Below, in pieces: positions 1 to 9,458 of a stretch of DNA of 64,000 nucleotides (position 1 is its first letter; each line of letters opens with the position of its first letter). This DNA comes from an uncultured Gemmatimonadales bacterium (GTDB lineage Bacteria; Gemmatimonadota; Gemmatimonadetes; Gemmatimonadales; Gemmatimonadaceae). Location of the stretch: the NCBI GenBank assembly GCA_963701965.1, contig OY969695.1, positions 1,856,001 through 1,920,000 of the forward strand, written 5' to 3'. The position numbers were made by a program, and so were the translations under genes. Below the pieces are notes generated by a model. That model was given only the letters and a program-made list of their open reading frames with translations. It was not told where the DNA came from and did no database searches.

Positions 1-708
1 CGACTGGCCGACGCCCAGCGCCACGGTCGCGACGAGCAGCGCGGCCGCCGTCAGGACCGCGGGCGTGAGTGATGGCCCCGACGCGCCGTGTTCCGCCCAA
101 GCTTCCACGGTGGGTCGTGCACTCGCGGCCACGGCCAAGCGCCGCCGGCCCTGCGCCGCAAACGCCTCCCGCATGTCGACGAGCAGTCGCAATTCGGCCA
201 CGCTCTCCTGTCGACCCACGACGACGTCGCGCGGCGCCCCCGCCAGCATCCAGCCGCGCAGGGTCTGCCGGCCGAGCGCGGTCATCGGTGGGAAGAGTTG
301 CGCGAGCGACGCCGGGCCGAAGAGATCGAGATCGTTGGCGTAGGGATGCCCATCGGGCGCCGGCATCCAGGCCGGAAGCGACAACTCGGACCACGCCCGG
401 TCGACCCGATACACGGCCAGATCATTGAGCTCGGCCCGCGCCGTGAGCTCCTGGATGCTCGCCTTCAACCGGTCGTGATAGGCGACCAGCGCGATGAACG
501 CCGTGACCGCGGCCAGAGACGCCAGCAGCGCGCGCGTCGCGCCCGGCCCGCGGGCCGCCATCGCATACGCGAACAGCGCGATCGCCACGAACGCCGCGCC
601 GAGGCGCAACCAGCTGACGCGCGCGGCGACCCGTCCAATACCGCCCGCGCGCGCGCGAAATCCGCTCGCGCGTTCCCGGAACTGTTCGACCAGCCGATCA
701 CGAGTCAG
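1..708 (-). CDS. Membrane-associated MutS-related protein (MutS domain V type), N-terminal part; runs off the window's left edge
   Basis: Manual translation of the frame below the TAG at 712-714: LTRDRLVEQFRER...RVSWLRLGAAFVAIALF (TM)...HPYANDLDLFGPASLAQL, the typical N-terminus of MutS-related ATPases. Candidate start is CTG at 708. No ATPase motif is visible inside the window. Confidence 0.65.
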   Translation of the reverse strand, partial: MTRDRLVEQFRERASGFRARAGGIGRVAARVSWLRLGAAFVAIALFAYAMAARGPGATRALLASLAAVTAFIALVAYHDRLKASIQELTARAELNDLAVYRVDRAWSELSLPAWMPAPDGHPYANDLDLFGPASLAQLFPPMTALGRQTLRGWMLAGAPRDVVVGRQESVAELRLLVDMREAFAAQGRRRLAVAASARPTVEAWAEHGASGPSLTPAVLTAAALLVATVALGVGQS

Positions 709-711
709 GTT

Positions 712-2241
712 CTATACCACCCGGCTCGTCAGCTCGGCCGAGACCAGCGCCCGCAGCGCGCGGATGACGCGCCCGACCGCGGGCGTTGGGATCTTACCGG
801 TCGACCGCAGGACCGGCGGCGGCTCGACGCCGTCGTCGAGGCGGGCGCGCGACTGCTCCGCATCGTGCATCACCTGATAGAACTGGTAGTCCTCGGACAG
901 CGCGATGGCCCGCGTGAACGCCGAGCGCGCGCGCGACACGCGGCCCGCGCGCCAATGTCCGAGACCGAGATTGAGGAAGTAGTCCGCCAACTGCTCCGAC
1001 TCCAGTTGCTCGCGGGCGATCGTCTTGGCGTAGTGCCGGAACCACCGGTCCTCTCCGCACGCCGCCGACAATTTGAGCCCCTTGAGGCCCGCCGCCAGCT
1101 GGATGTCCGGATCGTCCGCCGTCGCATACACGTACCGGTAAATGTCGCGCGCGACCTTTGGCAGACGCAGATAGAGGAACGCCGTCGCCATGTCGTCCAG
1201 CGCGCGGTCGCGCCGCGCCGCATCGCTGTACCCCCGAAACGCCTCGTGCAGCCACACGATCGCGTGCGGCGCCTCATCGCCGCCGGGGCGCCGGCGCGCA
1301 TAGGTCGCCAGGGCCCGCTCGTGCAGCGCGGTGGCGCGCACGTCGGGGAGCCCCGCCACCTCCGCGTCCCGCGCCACGTCGGCGTACCGGCGGTCCGAAC
1401 CCGGCACATCGCCGGTCGCCAGCAACACGGCAGCCTTGCCGATGCGATTGAGCAACGCGTGCTCCGGCGCCCCGAGCCGCTCCGCCAGCCGGCGGCCTTC
1501 CCGATGCGCCGACATCGCCGCATCGTAGCGCCCGATCCGGCGGAGGCAGAGCCCCATCCGATAGTAGTACTCCGGCGCCTGCAGCTGCTCCTCGCGCGTG
1601 CGCGCATGCTCGATGGCGGTGCCAAACACGTCTGCCGCCAGCGCCGGTTGCCTGGTCCGCTCCAGGATGCCCCCGTACGCCGCCAATAGCGCCCAGACTG
1701 ATGGCATGCGCATCGGCGCGTCGTACATCACCGCCGTGACGAGCGCGGCCAGGATGCGCTGCACGACTCCCGACGGTAGCTCGTCGATCTGGCAGCGCAG
1801 CGGCGCCAGTTCCGTGAACGACGGCGAACGCCGGATGAAATGCCGGCGGGCCCACCGGTCGATGACCCGCATGGCTTCGTAACCCGCCAGGGTCTCGCGC
1901 CACTCCAAGGTCCGCCGGTCGAACATCTCGAGCGCCTGCACGAACGGCGTGTGCGCGGGTTCAGGCCAGAAGGGCGCGACGCCGTCGTGCCAATCCGACG
2001 CCGGGTAGGGGAAATACGCGGGGTCTTCTCCGTCGGCGTCCCGCTTCTCCTCCCACCCATCCTCGCCGCGCACCCAGGAGAACGTCACCACCGGGTCGCC
2101 GGTCGCATCGCGCGTGAACTCGAGACGCCGCACAAAGCCGTTGCAACACCGCGCCGCGTCCGCCGGGTCTGCCCACCGGTGTCTCGAAGCCCCCGCGCAC
2201 TGATGCAGCTCTTCCAACCGGAACGCGTACAACGAACCCAT
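712..2241 (-). CDS. TPR-like helical repeat protein with an unknown N-terminal domain
   Basis: 509 aa with a GGAGG SD upstream. TPR-like helices: YYYRMGLCLRRIGRYDAAMSAH, LNLGLGHWRAGRVSRARSAFTRAIAL. Confidence 0.7.
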   Translation of the reverse strand: MGSLYAFRLEELHQCAGASRHRWADPADAARCCNGFVRRLEFTRDATGDPVVTFSWVRGEDGWEEKRDADGEDPAYFPYPASDWHDGVAPFWPEPAHTPFVQALEMFDRRTLEWRETLAGYEAMRVIDRWARRHFIRRSPSFTELAPLRCQIDELPSGVVQRILAALVTAVMYDAPMRMPSVWALLAAYGGILERTRQPALAADVFGTAIEHARTREEQLQAPEYYYRMGLCLRRIGRYDAAMSAHREGRRLAERLGAPEHALLNRIGKAAVLLATGDVPGSDRRYADVARDAEVAGLPDVRATALHERALATYARRRPGGDEAPHAIVWLHEAFRGYSDAARRDRALDDMATAFLYLRLPKVARDIYRYVYATADDPDIQLAAGLKGLKLSAACGEDRWFRHYAKTIAREQLESEQLADYFLNLGLGHWRAGRVSRARSAFTRAIALSEDYQFYQVMHDAEQSRARLDDGVEPPPVLRSTGKIPTPAVGRVIRALRALVSAELTSRVV

Positions 2242-2382
2242 TGTCGGTCACCCTCCTCCGGCCCAACCTATCCCCAAAAGATCGCATCCGCTACGTTGCG
2301 GAATAGCAAGCGGCGCATGCCCGTGGCGTAGCCATGGCCCAAGGGTTGCTCCTGTCGCGTCTGCTCCCTAGCCCGGTCCAAC

Positions 2383-3333
2383 CTGCGCAAACCTCTTGCT
2401 TGGCGTTCTCTAATCCCCGGTCTCATCACGCTGGCCGTTACGCTCGCGGCCGTCGTGTGCACGCTGGCATTCGCCCGGGTTGGCGGGCTGCACGGCGCGA
2501 CTATCCGATTGTACGTGGCAACGGACGGCGCCGCTGGCGTCATCAAGGGCACCGAGGTGTGGAGCGCCGGCCAGGTCATCGGTCAGGTGAATGGCACGAT
2601 GCTGCGGCCAGTGACGGTAGATACCAGCGCGCGCGTGCTCGTCAGCGCCGACATCCTGCGCCATTACGCGCATCGCGTCCGGCGCGACACGCGCGTCCAG
2701 ATCGGGCCCGGATCGAGTCTCGTTGGCGCACCGGTCGTCTTTCTGTCGGGCGGAACGGCTGGCGCCCCTGCCATCAACGACGGCGACACGCTCGTCTCCC
2801 AGCCCCAGCGGGCGTTCGATGAGACGCGTTCGGCGTACACGTCTTTGGGACAGCAGGTGCCGGCGCTCTACGGGGACGTCCGGGCGCTGCTCACCCAGTT
2901 GTCGTCACCCAAAGGCGCCATCGGCGCCGCGCGGACGCAGGAGGGTCCGGCGACGACGGCGGTGATCCGGTCGCTGGCGGGGCGCCTGACGAAGCGCGCG
3001 CTCCGCCGGAGTCCGGCCGTCGGCGCGATGAGCGACACCCTGGAAGCGCGGGCCCGGCGCCTCCTGGCCACGGCCGATACCCTGCGCCGGGTCCTCGCCG
3101 CAAAAGAGGGCACGCTGGACCGGTTCGATCGCGACAGCGCCATCGTGCAGTCGATCCGCGACACGCGCGCCCAGATCGACACCACCCGCCGTCTGCTGAC
3201 TACGCCCGCAGGGACCCTCGGCCGGCTGCACACGGATGACGCGCTCCGGCGGCGGCTCGCCGACGCCGACTCGTCGCTGAGTGTGCTGATGCACGACGCC
3301 ATGTCCCAACCCGTGCGTTACCTACCGTTCTAA
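2383..3333 (+). CDS. MCE/MlaD family protein
   Basis: N-terminal TM, MCE-like GVIKGTEVWSAGQVIGQV and SLVGAPVVFLSGG, helical tail ending PVRYLPF. The frame extends upstream of GTG 2455 to CTG 2383 (LRKPLAWRSLIPGLITLAV). Confidence 0.8.
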   Translation: MRKPLAWRSLIPGLITLAVTLAAVVCTLAFARVGGLHGATIRLYVATDGAAGVIKGTEVWSAGQVIGQVNGTMLRPVTVDTSARVLVSADILRHYAHRVRRDTRVQIGPGSSLVGAPVVFLSGGTAGAPAINDGDTLVSQPQRAFDETRSAYTSLGQQVPALYGDVRALLTQLSSPKGAIGAARTQEGPATTAVIRSLAGRLTKRALRRSPAVGAMSDTLEARARRLLATADTLRRVLAAKEGTLDRFDRDSAIVQSIRDTRAQIDTTRRLLTTPAGTLGRLHTDDALRRRLADADSSLSVLMHDAMSQPVRYLPF

Positions 3334-3396
3334 CTGGTCGTTGGCTATTTTCAGAGAGCCTTCCCCGCGCCGTGCCGCGCGATCTCCCCCCAATAC

Positions 3397-4683
3397 ATGC
3401 AAGACGTTGCGCCCCCCCCACCACCCGTGGACGTCGTGGGGCTCCGAAAACAGTCCATTGTCGAGCTCCTGCGCGTCGCCGACGAGTTGGGAGTCCCGGA
3501 CGTGTCGGGCCTCCGAAAGCAGGATCTCATTTTCCGCATCGAGCAGGCGCTCCTGCAGTCGGACGCGCCCCTGCGCGCTTTCGGCGTGCTCGAGATCATG
3601 TCCGAGGGCTACGGGTTCCTGCGCAGCCAGGAATGGAGCTATCTGTACAGCCCGGACGATGTGTACGTCTCCCCCTCCCAGATCCGGCGGTTCGACCTCC
3701 GCACCGGCGATACGATCAGCGGCCAGGTCCGGCCGCCCAAGGAGTGGGAGCGGTATCTCGCGCTCCTCAAAGTCGAGTCGGTCAACGGCGACGAACCGGG
3801 ACGATTCGCGGAGCGGCCGACGTTCGACACGCTCCGCCCGCGGTATCCCGATCGGCGCATCCGCCTCGAGACCAAGAGCGGCGATCTCAGCATGCGCGTC
3901 GTCGACATTCTCGCCCCGGTGGGCAAGGGCCAGCGCGGCCTGATCGTCGCGCCGCCGCGCGCCGGCAAGACGATCCTGCTGCAGAAAATGGCCAACGCCA
4001 TCGTCGAGAATCATCCCGAAGTCCTGTTGATCGTGCTCTTGATCGACGAGCGCCCTGAGGAAGTCACCGACTTCCTGGCCAACGTGCCGTCAGCGGAGGT
4101 GGTGAGCTCGACGTTCGACGAGCCGGCCGATCGCCATGTGCAGGTGGCCGACATGGTCATCGAAAAGGCGCGCCGCCAAGTGGAACACGGCAAGGATGTC
4201 GTCATCCTGCTCGACTCGATCACCCGGCTCGCACGGGCCCACAACACGATCATGCCGCACTCGGGGCGCATTCTGTCCGGCGGCGTCGATGCCCAGGCCC
4301 TGGCCAAGCCCAAGCACTTCTTCGGCTCGGCCCGGAACGTCGACGGCGGCGGGTCCCTCACCATCATCGCCACCGCGCTCGTCGAGACCGGGTCCCGCAT
4401 GGACGAGGTCATCTTCGAGGAGTTCAAGGGCACCGGCAACATGGAGCTGGTGCTGGACCGCAAGGTCGCGGACAAGCGCATCTTCCCCGCGATCGATATT
4501 GGGAAATCGGGGACCCGGAAAGAGGAGCTGTTGTTGACCCCCGAGGAGATGAACCGCGTGTATCTCCTGCGGAACTTCCTCGGCGACATGCCCGAAGATG
4601 AGGCCGTGCAGTTTCTCTTGATTCGCATGGCGCGCACCAAGACCAACCGCGAGTTTTTCGTCAGTATGGCCCAAGGACAGTGA
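3397..4683 (+). CDS. rho: Transcription termination factor Rho
   Basis: [65 protein letters not shown]. Confidence 0.98.
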   Translation: MQDVAPPPPPVDVVGLRKQSIVELLRVADELGVPDVSGLRKQDLIFRIEQALLQSDAPLRAFGVLEIMSEGYGFLRSQEWSYLYSPDDVYVSPSQIRRFDLRTGDTISGQVRPPKEWERYLALLKVESVNGDEPGRFAERPTFDTLRPRYPDRRIRLETKSGDLSMRVVDILAPVGKGQRGLIVAPPRAGKTILLQKMANAIVENHPEVLLIVLLIDERPEEVTDFLANVPSAEVVSSTFDEPADRHVQVADMVIEKARRQVEHGKDVVILLDSITRLARAHNTIMPHSGRILSGGVDAQALAKPKHFFGSARNVDGGGSLTIIATALVETGSRMDEVIFEEFKGTGNMELVLDRKVADKRIFPAIDIGKSGTRKEELLLTPEEMNRVYLLRNFLGDMPEDEAVQFLLIRMARTKTNREFFVSMAQGQ

Positions 4684-5099
4684 CCAAAGGGAGACTCCTG
4701 GCGATCGACTATGGAGATCGGCGGATCGGCCTCGCCGTGAGCGACCCGACGGGAACGATCGCATCACCCGTGGGCACCATCGTGCGGCGGGCCGGGAAGC
4801 GGCCGCCCGTGACCGAGTTGATGCGGCGGGCAACGGAACTCGAGGTCACGGGTATCGTGCTGGGCCTGCCGCTGGATGGCAATGGAGACGAGACCCCACG
4901 ATCAGTCGAGGTTCGGACGGTCGGCAGCGCGCTGGCCGAGCGCACCGGTCTCCCCGTGCGGTACGTCGATGAGCGCTTTACCACCGCGGCGGCGCTCCGC
5001 GCCGTCCGCGCCATGGGCGGGTCCACGCGCGGGAGGAAGGGCGATGTCGACGCCCTGGCGGCCACCGTTCTCCTCCAGCATGCGCTGGCGCTGCCGTAA
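4680..5099 (+). CDS. ruvX: YqgF/RuvX family pre-16S rRNA nuclease
   Basis: [41 protein letters not shown]. Confidence 0.95.
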   Translation: MTKGRLLAIDYGDRRIGLAVSDPTGTIASPVGTIVRRAGKRPPVTELMRRATELEVTGIVLGLPLDGNGDETPRSVEVRTVGSALAERTGLPVRYVDERFTTAAALRAVRAMGGSTRGRKGDVDALAATVLLQHALALP

Positions 5100-6066
5100 C
5101 ACCTCGCCGCTGGTCGGCGTCCTCGTCGCCGCGGCCGCGATCGCGATCGCGATCGCGTGCGCGAGTCCCACGAGCGCGCCGAAGCGCGTCCTCATCCCGC
5201 CCGGTACGACGTTTCGGGCGGCGGCCGACTCGCTGGCCTCGGCGGGCGTGATTGGTACCCCGCGGTTGTTCGGGCTATACGCGAAGATTACGGGGCAGGA
5301 TCGGGCCATCAAACCCGGCACCTATCTCCTCCCAGCCGGGAGCTCGTGGGGCTCGACGCTCGAAGCCATGACCCACGGCCGGGGGTTGATCCACACCATC
5401 ACGATCCCTGAGGGATGGGAAGTTTGGGAGATCGAACCGGCGCTCTCGCGATCCCTCGGCGTCTCGCCGGATTCGGTCGCGGCCGCGGTCCGCGACAGCG
5501 CGCTGCTCGCCCAGGTGGGCGCGCCGCCGGGCGCGCCGACGCTGGAAGGGTTCCTGTTCCCTGACACCTACACGTTCCCCGACGGCACCACGGCCCATGC
5601 GGCCGTCGCCGAGATGGTGCGCGAGTTCGTGCACGCCTGGCGTCCGGAGTGGAACGCGCGGGTCGACTCGCTGGGGCTCACGCGGTATCAGGTCGTGACC
5701 CTTGCCTCCATCGTGGAAAAAGAGGCGAGGGTCGATGACGAGCGGCCGATCATCGCGGCCGTCTATCTCAACCGCCTGCGACGGCATATGCCGCTGCAGG
5801 CCGACCCCACGGTGCAGTACGCGCTCGGACACCATGTCGAACGCGTCCTCTACAAGAATCTCGACGTCGACTCGCCGTACAACACCTACCGTCATCCCGG
5901 GCTCCCGCCCGGACCCATCGCCTCGCCGGGCGCCGCCAGCCTCGCGGCCGCGGTCGCGCCCGCGGACGTGTCCTACTTGTACTTCGTGGCTCGACCCGAC
6001 GGCCACCACGAGTTCACCGACACGTTCTCGGCGCACAAGGAGGCGCGACGCTCGATCTCACGCTGA
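5080..6066 (+). CDS. mltG: Endolytic transglycosylase MltG
   Basis: TITIPEG, LEGFLFPDTY, LASIVEKE, LQADPTVQY, SPYNTY, GLPPGPIASPG. Start set at ATG 5080, which overlaps ruvX. Confidence 0.95.
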   Translation: MRWRCRNTSPLVGVLVAAAAIAIAIACASPTSAPKRVLIPPGTTFRAAADSLASAGVIGTPRLFGLYAKITGQDRAIKPGTYLLPAGSSWGSTLEAMTHGRGLIHTITIPEGWEVWEIEPALSRSLGVSPDSVAAAVRDSALLAQVGAPPGAPTLEGFLFPDTYTFPDGTTAHAAVAEMVREFVHAWRPEWNARVDSLGLTRYQVVTLASIVEKEARVDDERPIIAAVYLNRLRRHMPLQADPTVQYALGHHVERVLYKNLDVDSPYNTYRHPGLPPGPIASPGAASLAAAVAPADVSYLYFVARPDGHHEFTDTFSAHKEARRSISR

Positions 6067-6665
6067 TCGCCATCACGGACGATCTGCGCGACGGTCGCGA
6101 CGGGTTGGTGGCCCGAGCCCAGGCGGCCGCGGCTGGCGGTGCCACGGTCGTCCAACTGCGCCTCAAGGGCGCCGATGCCCGGACCTTGACCGACATCGGC
6201 CGTCTCCTGGTCGCCGCGTTGCCGATACCGGTGATCATCAACGACCGTGCCGACGTCGCGCTCGCCTGCGGGGCGACGGGAGTGCACGTCGGGACGGACG
6301 ATGTGCCCGTCGCTGCGCTCCGGGCCATCGTCCCCCCCGGGTTTGTGATTGGTGCGTCGGCGGGAAACCCCACGGAACTCGAGGCGGCTTTCGGCGCGGA
6401 CTATATCGGCGTGGGGCCCGTGTTCACGACCGCATCCAAGCATGATGCCGGAGACGCCATCGGCGTCGACGGCTTCGCCGCGTTGCGCGCGCGGAGCGCC
6501 GCGCCCGCGGTCGCCATCGGCGGCGTCGGTCCCGGGTCGGCGGCAGCCCTGAGGCAGGCGGGAGCCGCCGGCATCGCGGTGATCCGCGCCGTGTTCGGCG
6601 CAGCGGATCCGGAACGCGCCGCCCGCGCCATCAGAGCTGCATGGAGTCGCGCCAACGAAACATGA
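6063..6665 (+). CDS. thiE: Thiamine-phosphate synthase
   Basis: GATVVQLRLK, IINDRADVA, GVHVGTDD, ADYIGVGPVFTTASK, AIGGV. The first strand LIAITDD lies upstream of TTG 6105, so the start is uncertain. Confidence 0.92.
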   Translation: MIAITDDLRDGRDGLVARAQAAAAGGATVVQLRLKGADARTLTDIGRLLVAALPIPVIINDRADVALACGATGVHVGTDDVPVAALRAIVPPGFVIGASAGNPTELEAAFGADYIGVGPVFTTASKHDAGDAIGVDGFAALRARSAAPAVAIGGVGPGSAAALRQAGAAGIAVIRAVFGAADPERAARAIRAAWSRANET

Positions 6666-7395
6666 CGTCGGGCGGACGGGACTCGTGGTGGCCATCGGGT
6701 TCCGGCGTGGCGGCCCGCGATGACCCGCGGCGATCCGGACCGGACCACGGGGGCGCCCCATGAAACGCATCGACGATCTCGTCGAACACCGGCGGAAAAA
6801 GAAAGAGGTCCACGAGCGCCGGATCGAACTGCCGTCCGCGGCCCGTCGCGATCACGGCCGAGGCCTCGGCCAGGCTGAGCGCGGGACTGTAGCGCCGGGC
6901 GAACGTCGTGGCGTCGAACGTGTCGGCGATGGTGACGATTCGCGCCGAAAACGCGATCGCCCGGCCGCCCAGGCCCCGCGGATATCCCCGGCCGTCCCAT
7001 CGCTCGTGGTGGGAGAGGACACCCTCCGCCAGGTCGGGATCGAACGCCGCCAACGGCGCCAGCACCTCGGCGCCCCGCCGGGGATGCGTGGCGATCGCCT
7101 GGCGCTCCTCGGGCGTCAACTGCATCCGGTCGTGGATGATGTCGTACAACGCGGCGTCGATCTTCCCGATGTCATGAAAGAGCGCCACGCGCTCGACGGC
7201 GTGGACCTGGCGCGACCCCAGGTCGGCGGCGCGCGCCAGGATCGAGGCGTAGCGCGCGACGCGCCGCACGTGCGCGCCGGTCTGCGCGTCGGTGGCGTCC
7301 ATGGCGTTGAGCAGCGTCTCCAGCATCGCCGCCGCCAACCGGTCGGCCCGTCGGCGGGCCGCGCGATCACGCGCCGCGCGTGTAGGTTTGCGCAT
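6631..7395 (-). CDS. Stand-alone HD-GYP domain protein (putative cyclic dinucleotide phosphodiesterase)
   Basis: HVRRV, FHDIGKI, HHERWDGRGYP, IADTFDA, GRQFDP. Start uncertain (7410, 7395 or 7326). Confidence 0.88.
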   Translation of the reverse strand: MRKPTRAARDRAARRRADRLAAAMLETLLNAMDATDAQTGAHVRRVARYASILARAADLGSRQVHAVERVALFHDIGKIDAALYDIIHDRMQLTPEERQAIATHPRRGAEVLAPLAAFDPDLAEGVLSHHERWDGRGYPRGLGGRAIAFSARIVTIADTFDATTFARRYSPALSLAEASAVIATGRGRQFDPALVDLFLFPPVFDEIVDAFHGAPPWSGPDRRGSSRAATPEPDGHHESRPPDVMFRWRDSMQL

Positions 7396-8578
7396 GTCCC
7401 TCCATGCCACAGTTTCGGCCCGTGGCGCCGCGCGGTGGGCGGCTGGTCATCCGTGGATCTTCGCCAGCGATGTCGTGACGGCGCCCTCCGCGCCCGCAAC
7501 AGCGATCGCCGGGGCGATCCGGGTCCAGACCGAGCGGGGGCGGCCCCTGGGTTGGGCCCTGTGGAGTCCGCGGTCGGAGATCGCCCTGCGTCTCATCGAC
7601 CGCGATCCGGACGCGCGGATCGACGCCGAGTGGTGGCACGGCCGCCTGGCGGCGGCGGTCGCGCGACGCGCGGCGCTGGCCGACGTCGCCACCGCGTATC
7701 GGCTTGTGCATGGCGAGGGGGATGCCTGCCCATCGTTGGTCTGCGACCGGTATGACCGATGGCTGGTCGTGCAGCTCGCGAGCGCCGGCCTCGAACACTA
7801 CCGCGCGGAGATCGTCGCGGCGCTGCAGGAGCTCACGCGACCTGCCGGCGTGTTGGCGCGTAATGATCTGGCGGTCCGGGCGCGGGAAGGGCTGCCGCGC
7901 GCGGTCGAGCTCCTCGCCGGCGAGGTCCCGCGTGCGATCGAGGTCACGGAGCACGGCGTCCGGTACCTGGCCGCGCCCTGGGATGGCCAGAAGACGGGCG
8001 CGTTCCTCGACCAACGCGACAACCGCGCCCGGATCGGCGCCTTGGCGCGGCCGGGCGGCCGGGCGTTGGACTGTTTCAGCTATCACGGCTCCTTTGCCTT
8101 GCATCTCGCGCGCCGGAGCGCCACGGTCGTGGCCCTCGACACGTCCGCCGCCGCCCTCGAGCGGGCCACGGAGAACGCGGCGCTCAACGGTCTGACGAAC
8201 GTGGAGTTCCGGGAGGCCGATGCCTTCACCTTTCTCAAGGCGTCGGAGCGCGCGCGCGAGCGGTTCGATACCGTGGTGCTCGACCCGCCCGCCTTCGCCA
8301 AGTCCAAGGGGAACGTGCCCGCCGCCCTCCGCGGGTACAAGGAGATCAACCTGCGGGGCATGCGGCTCCTCGCCCCGCACGGCATCCTGTACACGGCCAG
8401 CTGCAGCTTCCACGTGAGTCGCACCGCGTTCCTGTCGGTACTGGCCAATGCGGCGGCCGACAGTGGCCGGCGGCTCGCGCTGCGCGAGATCCGCGGTCAG
8501 TCGCTCGATCACCCGGAAGTGCTCACGATACCCGAGACGGGCTACTTGAAAGGCGCGATCGTCGAAGCACTCGACTAG
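7394..8578 (+). CDS. RlmI-like class I SAM-dependent rRNA methyltransferase
   Basis: GHPWIF (PUA-like), GQKTGAFLDQRDNR, DCFSYHGSF, VVLDPPAFAKSK, SCS, YLKG. Confidence 0.9.
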   Translation: MSLHATVSARGAARWAAGHPWIFASDVVTAPSAPATAIAGAIRVQTERGRPLGWALWSPRSEIALRLIDRDPDARIDAEWWHGRLAAAVARRAALADVATAYRLVHGEGDACPSLVCDRYDRWLVVQLASAGLEHYRAEIVAALQELTRPAGVLARNDLAVRAREGLPRAVELLAGEVPRAIEVTEHGVRYLAAPWDGQKTGAFLDQRDNRARIGALARPGGRALDCFSYHGSFALHLARRSATVVALDTSAAALERATENAALNGLTNVEFREADAFTFLKASERARERFDTVVLDPPAFAKSKGNVPAALRGYKEINLRGMRLLAPHGILYTASCSFHVSRTAFLSVLANAAADSGRRLALREIRGQSLDHPEVLTIPETGYLKGAIVEALD

Positions 8579-8607
8579 AGGATTGGGAACGGGATTAGAG
8601 GATTGGG
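8576..8607. repeat. 12-bp direct repeat TAGAGGATTGGG x2
   Basis: Copies at 8576-8587 and 8596-8607, at the convergent rlmI/fpg junction. Confidence 0.85.
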
Positions 8608-9367
8608 CCTGGCCCTGGCATCCCGGGCACCAGTACGTCGAGCGGCCAGCCTGCACGATGCGCTGGACGGTCGCGCCACAGCGCCGCGCACAGGGCAGCC
8701 CCTCGCGGTCGTAAACCTTGAACCGTCCGGGATACCGCGCCCCGCGCGCCAGCGTCCGGCGAATCGCCGTCACCAGCCGCGCGCGCTCGGCCCGATCGAG
8801 CGATGACGCGCGGCGGCGGGGATCGATGCCGGCCCACCACAGAGCCTCGGCGGCGTAGATGTTGCCGAGTCCCGCCACGACGCGTTGGTCGAGCAGCGCG
8901 ACTTTGATCGGCCCGTTCCGCCGGGCGAGCGCGCGGCCGAGACTGTCGGGCGTGAATGCGGGATCAGTCGCGTCGGGTCCCAACGCCGCGACGGGATCCT
9001 CGCCCGGGGCGTGGAGCTTCACGATCGACAAGGCGCGCGGATCGACGAGCGCCACGCGCGAGCCGTCAGTGAAGGTGATCGCCACGCGGGTGTACGGCGG
9101 TAGGGGCGCCGCGGCGATGCCCGTGTCCCAATCGCCGGTCATCCCGAAATGCACGCGCAGCGTCGACCCATCGGCCAGACGCAGCAATTGGTGCTTGCCG
9201 CGGCGTTCGACACCGGTCACCCGCGCACCCACGAGCCGCCGGAGGGTGGTGGCACGCAACCAGCGTCGCTGCATCCGGTGAAAGGCTTCCACGCTCCGGA
9301 TCGTCTTCCCCGTCGTCTCACGGCGGAGCACGCGGGCCGCGGCTTCGACTTCGGGGAGCTCGGGCAT
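8595..9367 (-). CDS. mutM: Formamidopyrimidine-DNA glycosylase (Fpg/Nei family); in-frame stop missing, 3' end approximate
   Basis: MPELPEVE, RRGKHQL, HFGMTG, LLDQRVVAGLGNIYAAEAL, zinc finger CARRC...CPGC. The frame has no stop until 7367; the nearest TAA (8595-8597) is in another frame. Confidence 0.9.
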
Positions 9368-9384
9368 CCGTAAGTATCTCGTGT

Positions 9385-9426
9385 AGCTGCGCCTTGCGCA
9401 GCTGCGCCTTGCTAGCTGCGCCTTGC
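9385..9426. repeat. 13-bp tandem repeat AGCTGCGCCTTGC x3
   Basis: Copies at 9385-9397, 9400-9412 and 9414-9426, in the divergent intergenic region. Confidence 0.9.
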
Positions 9427-9458
9427 GCGACTCAATGGGCAATCTACCTTATAGCGAC

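Noticed and set aside
7367..9442. 691-aa Fpg with a novel C-terminal domain
   Set aside because: The extension is the antisense shadow of the methyltransferase gene.
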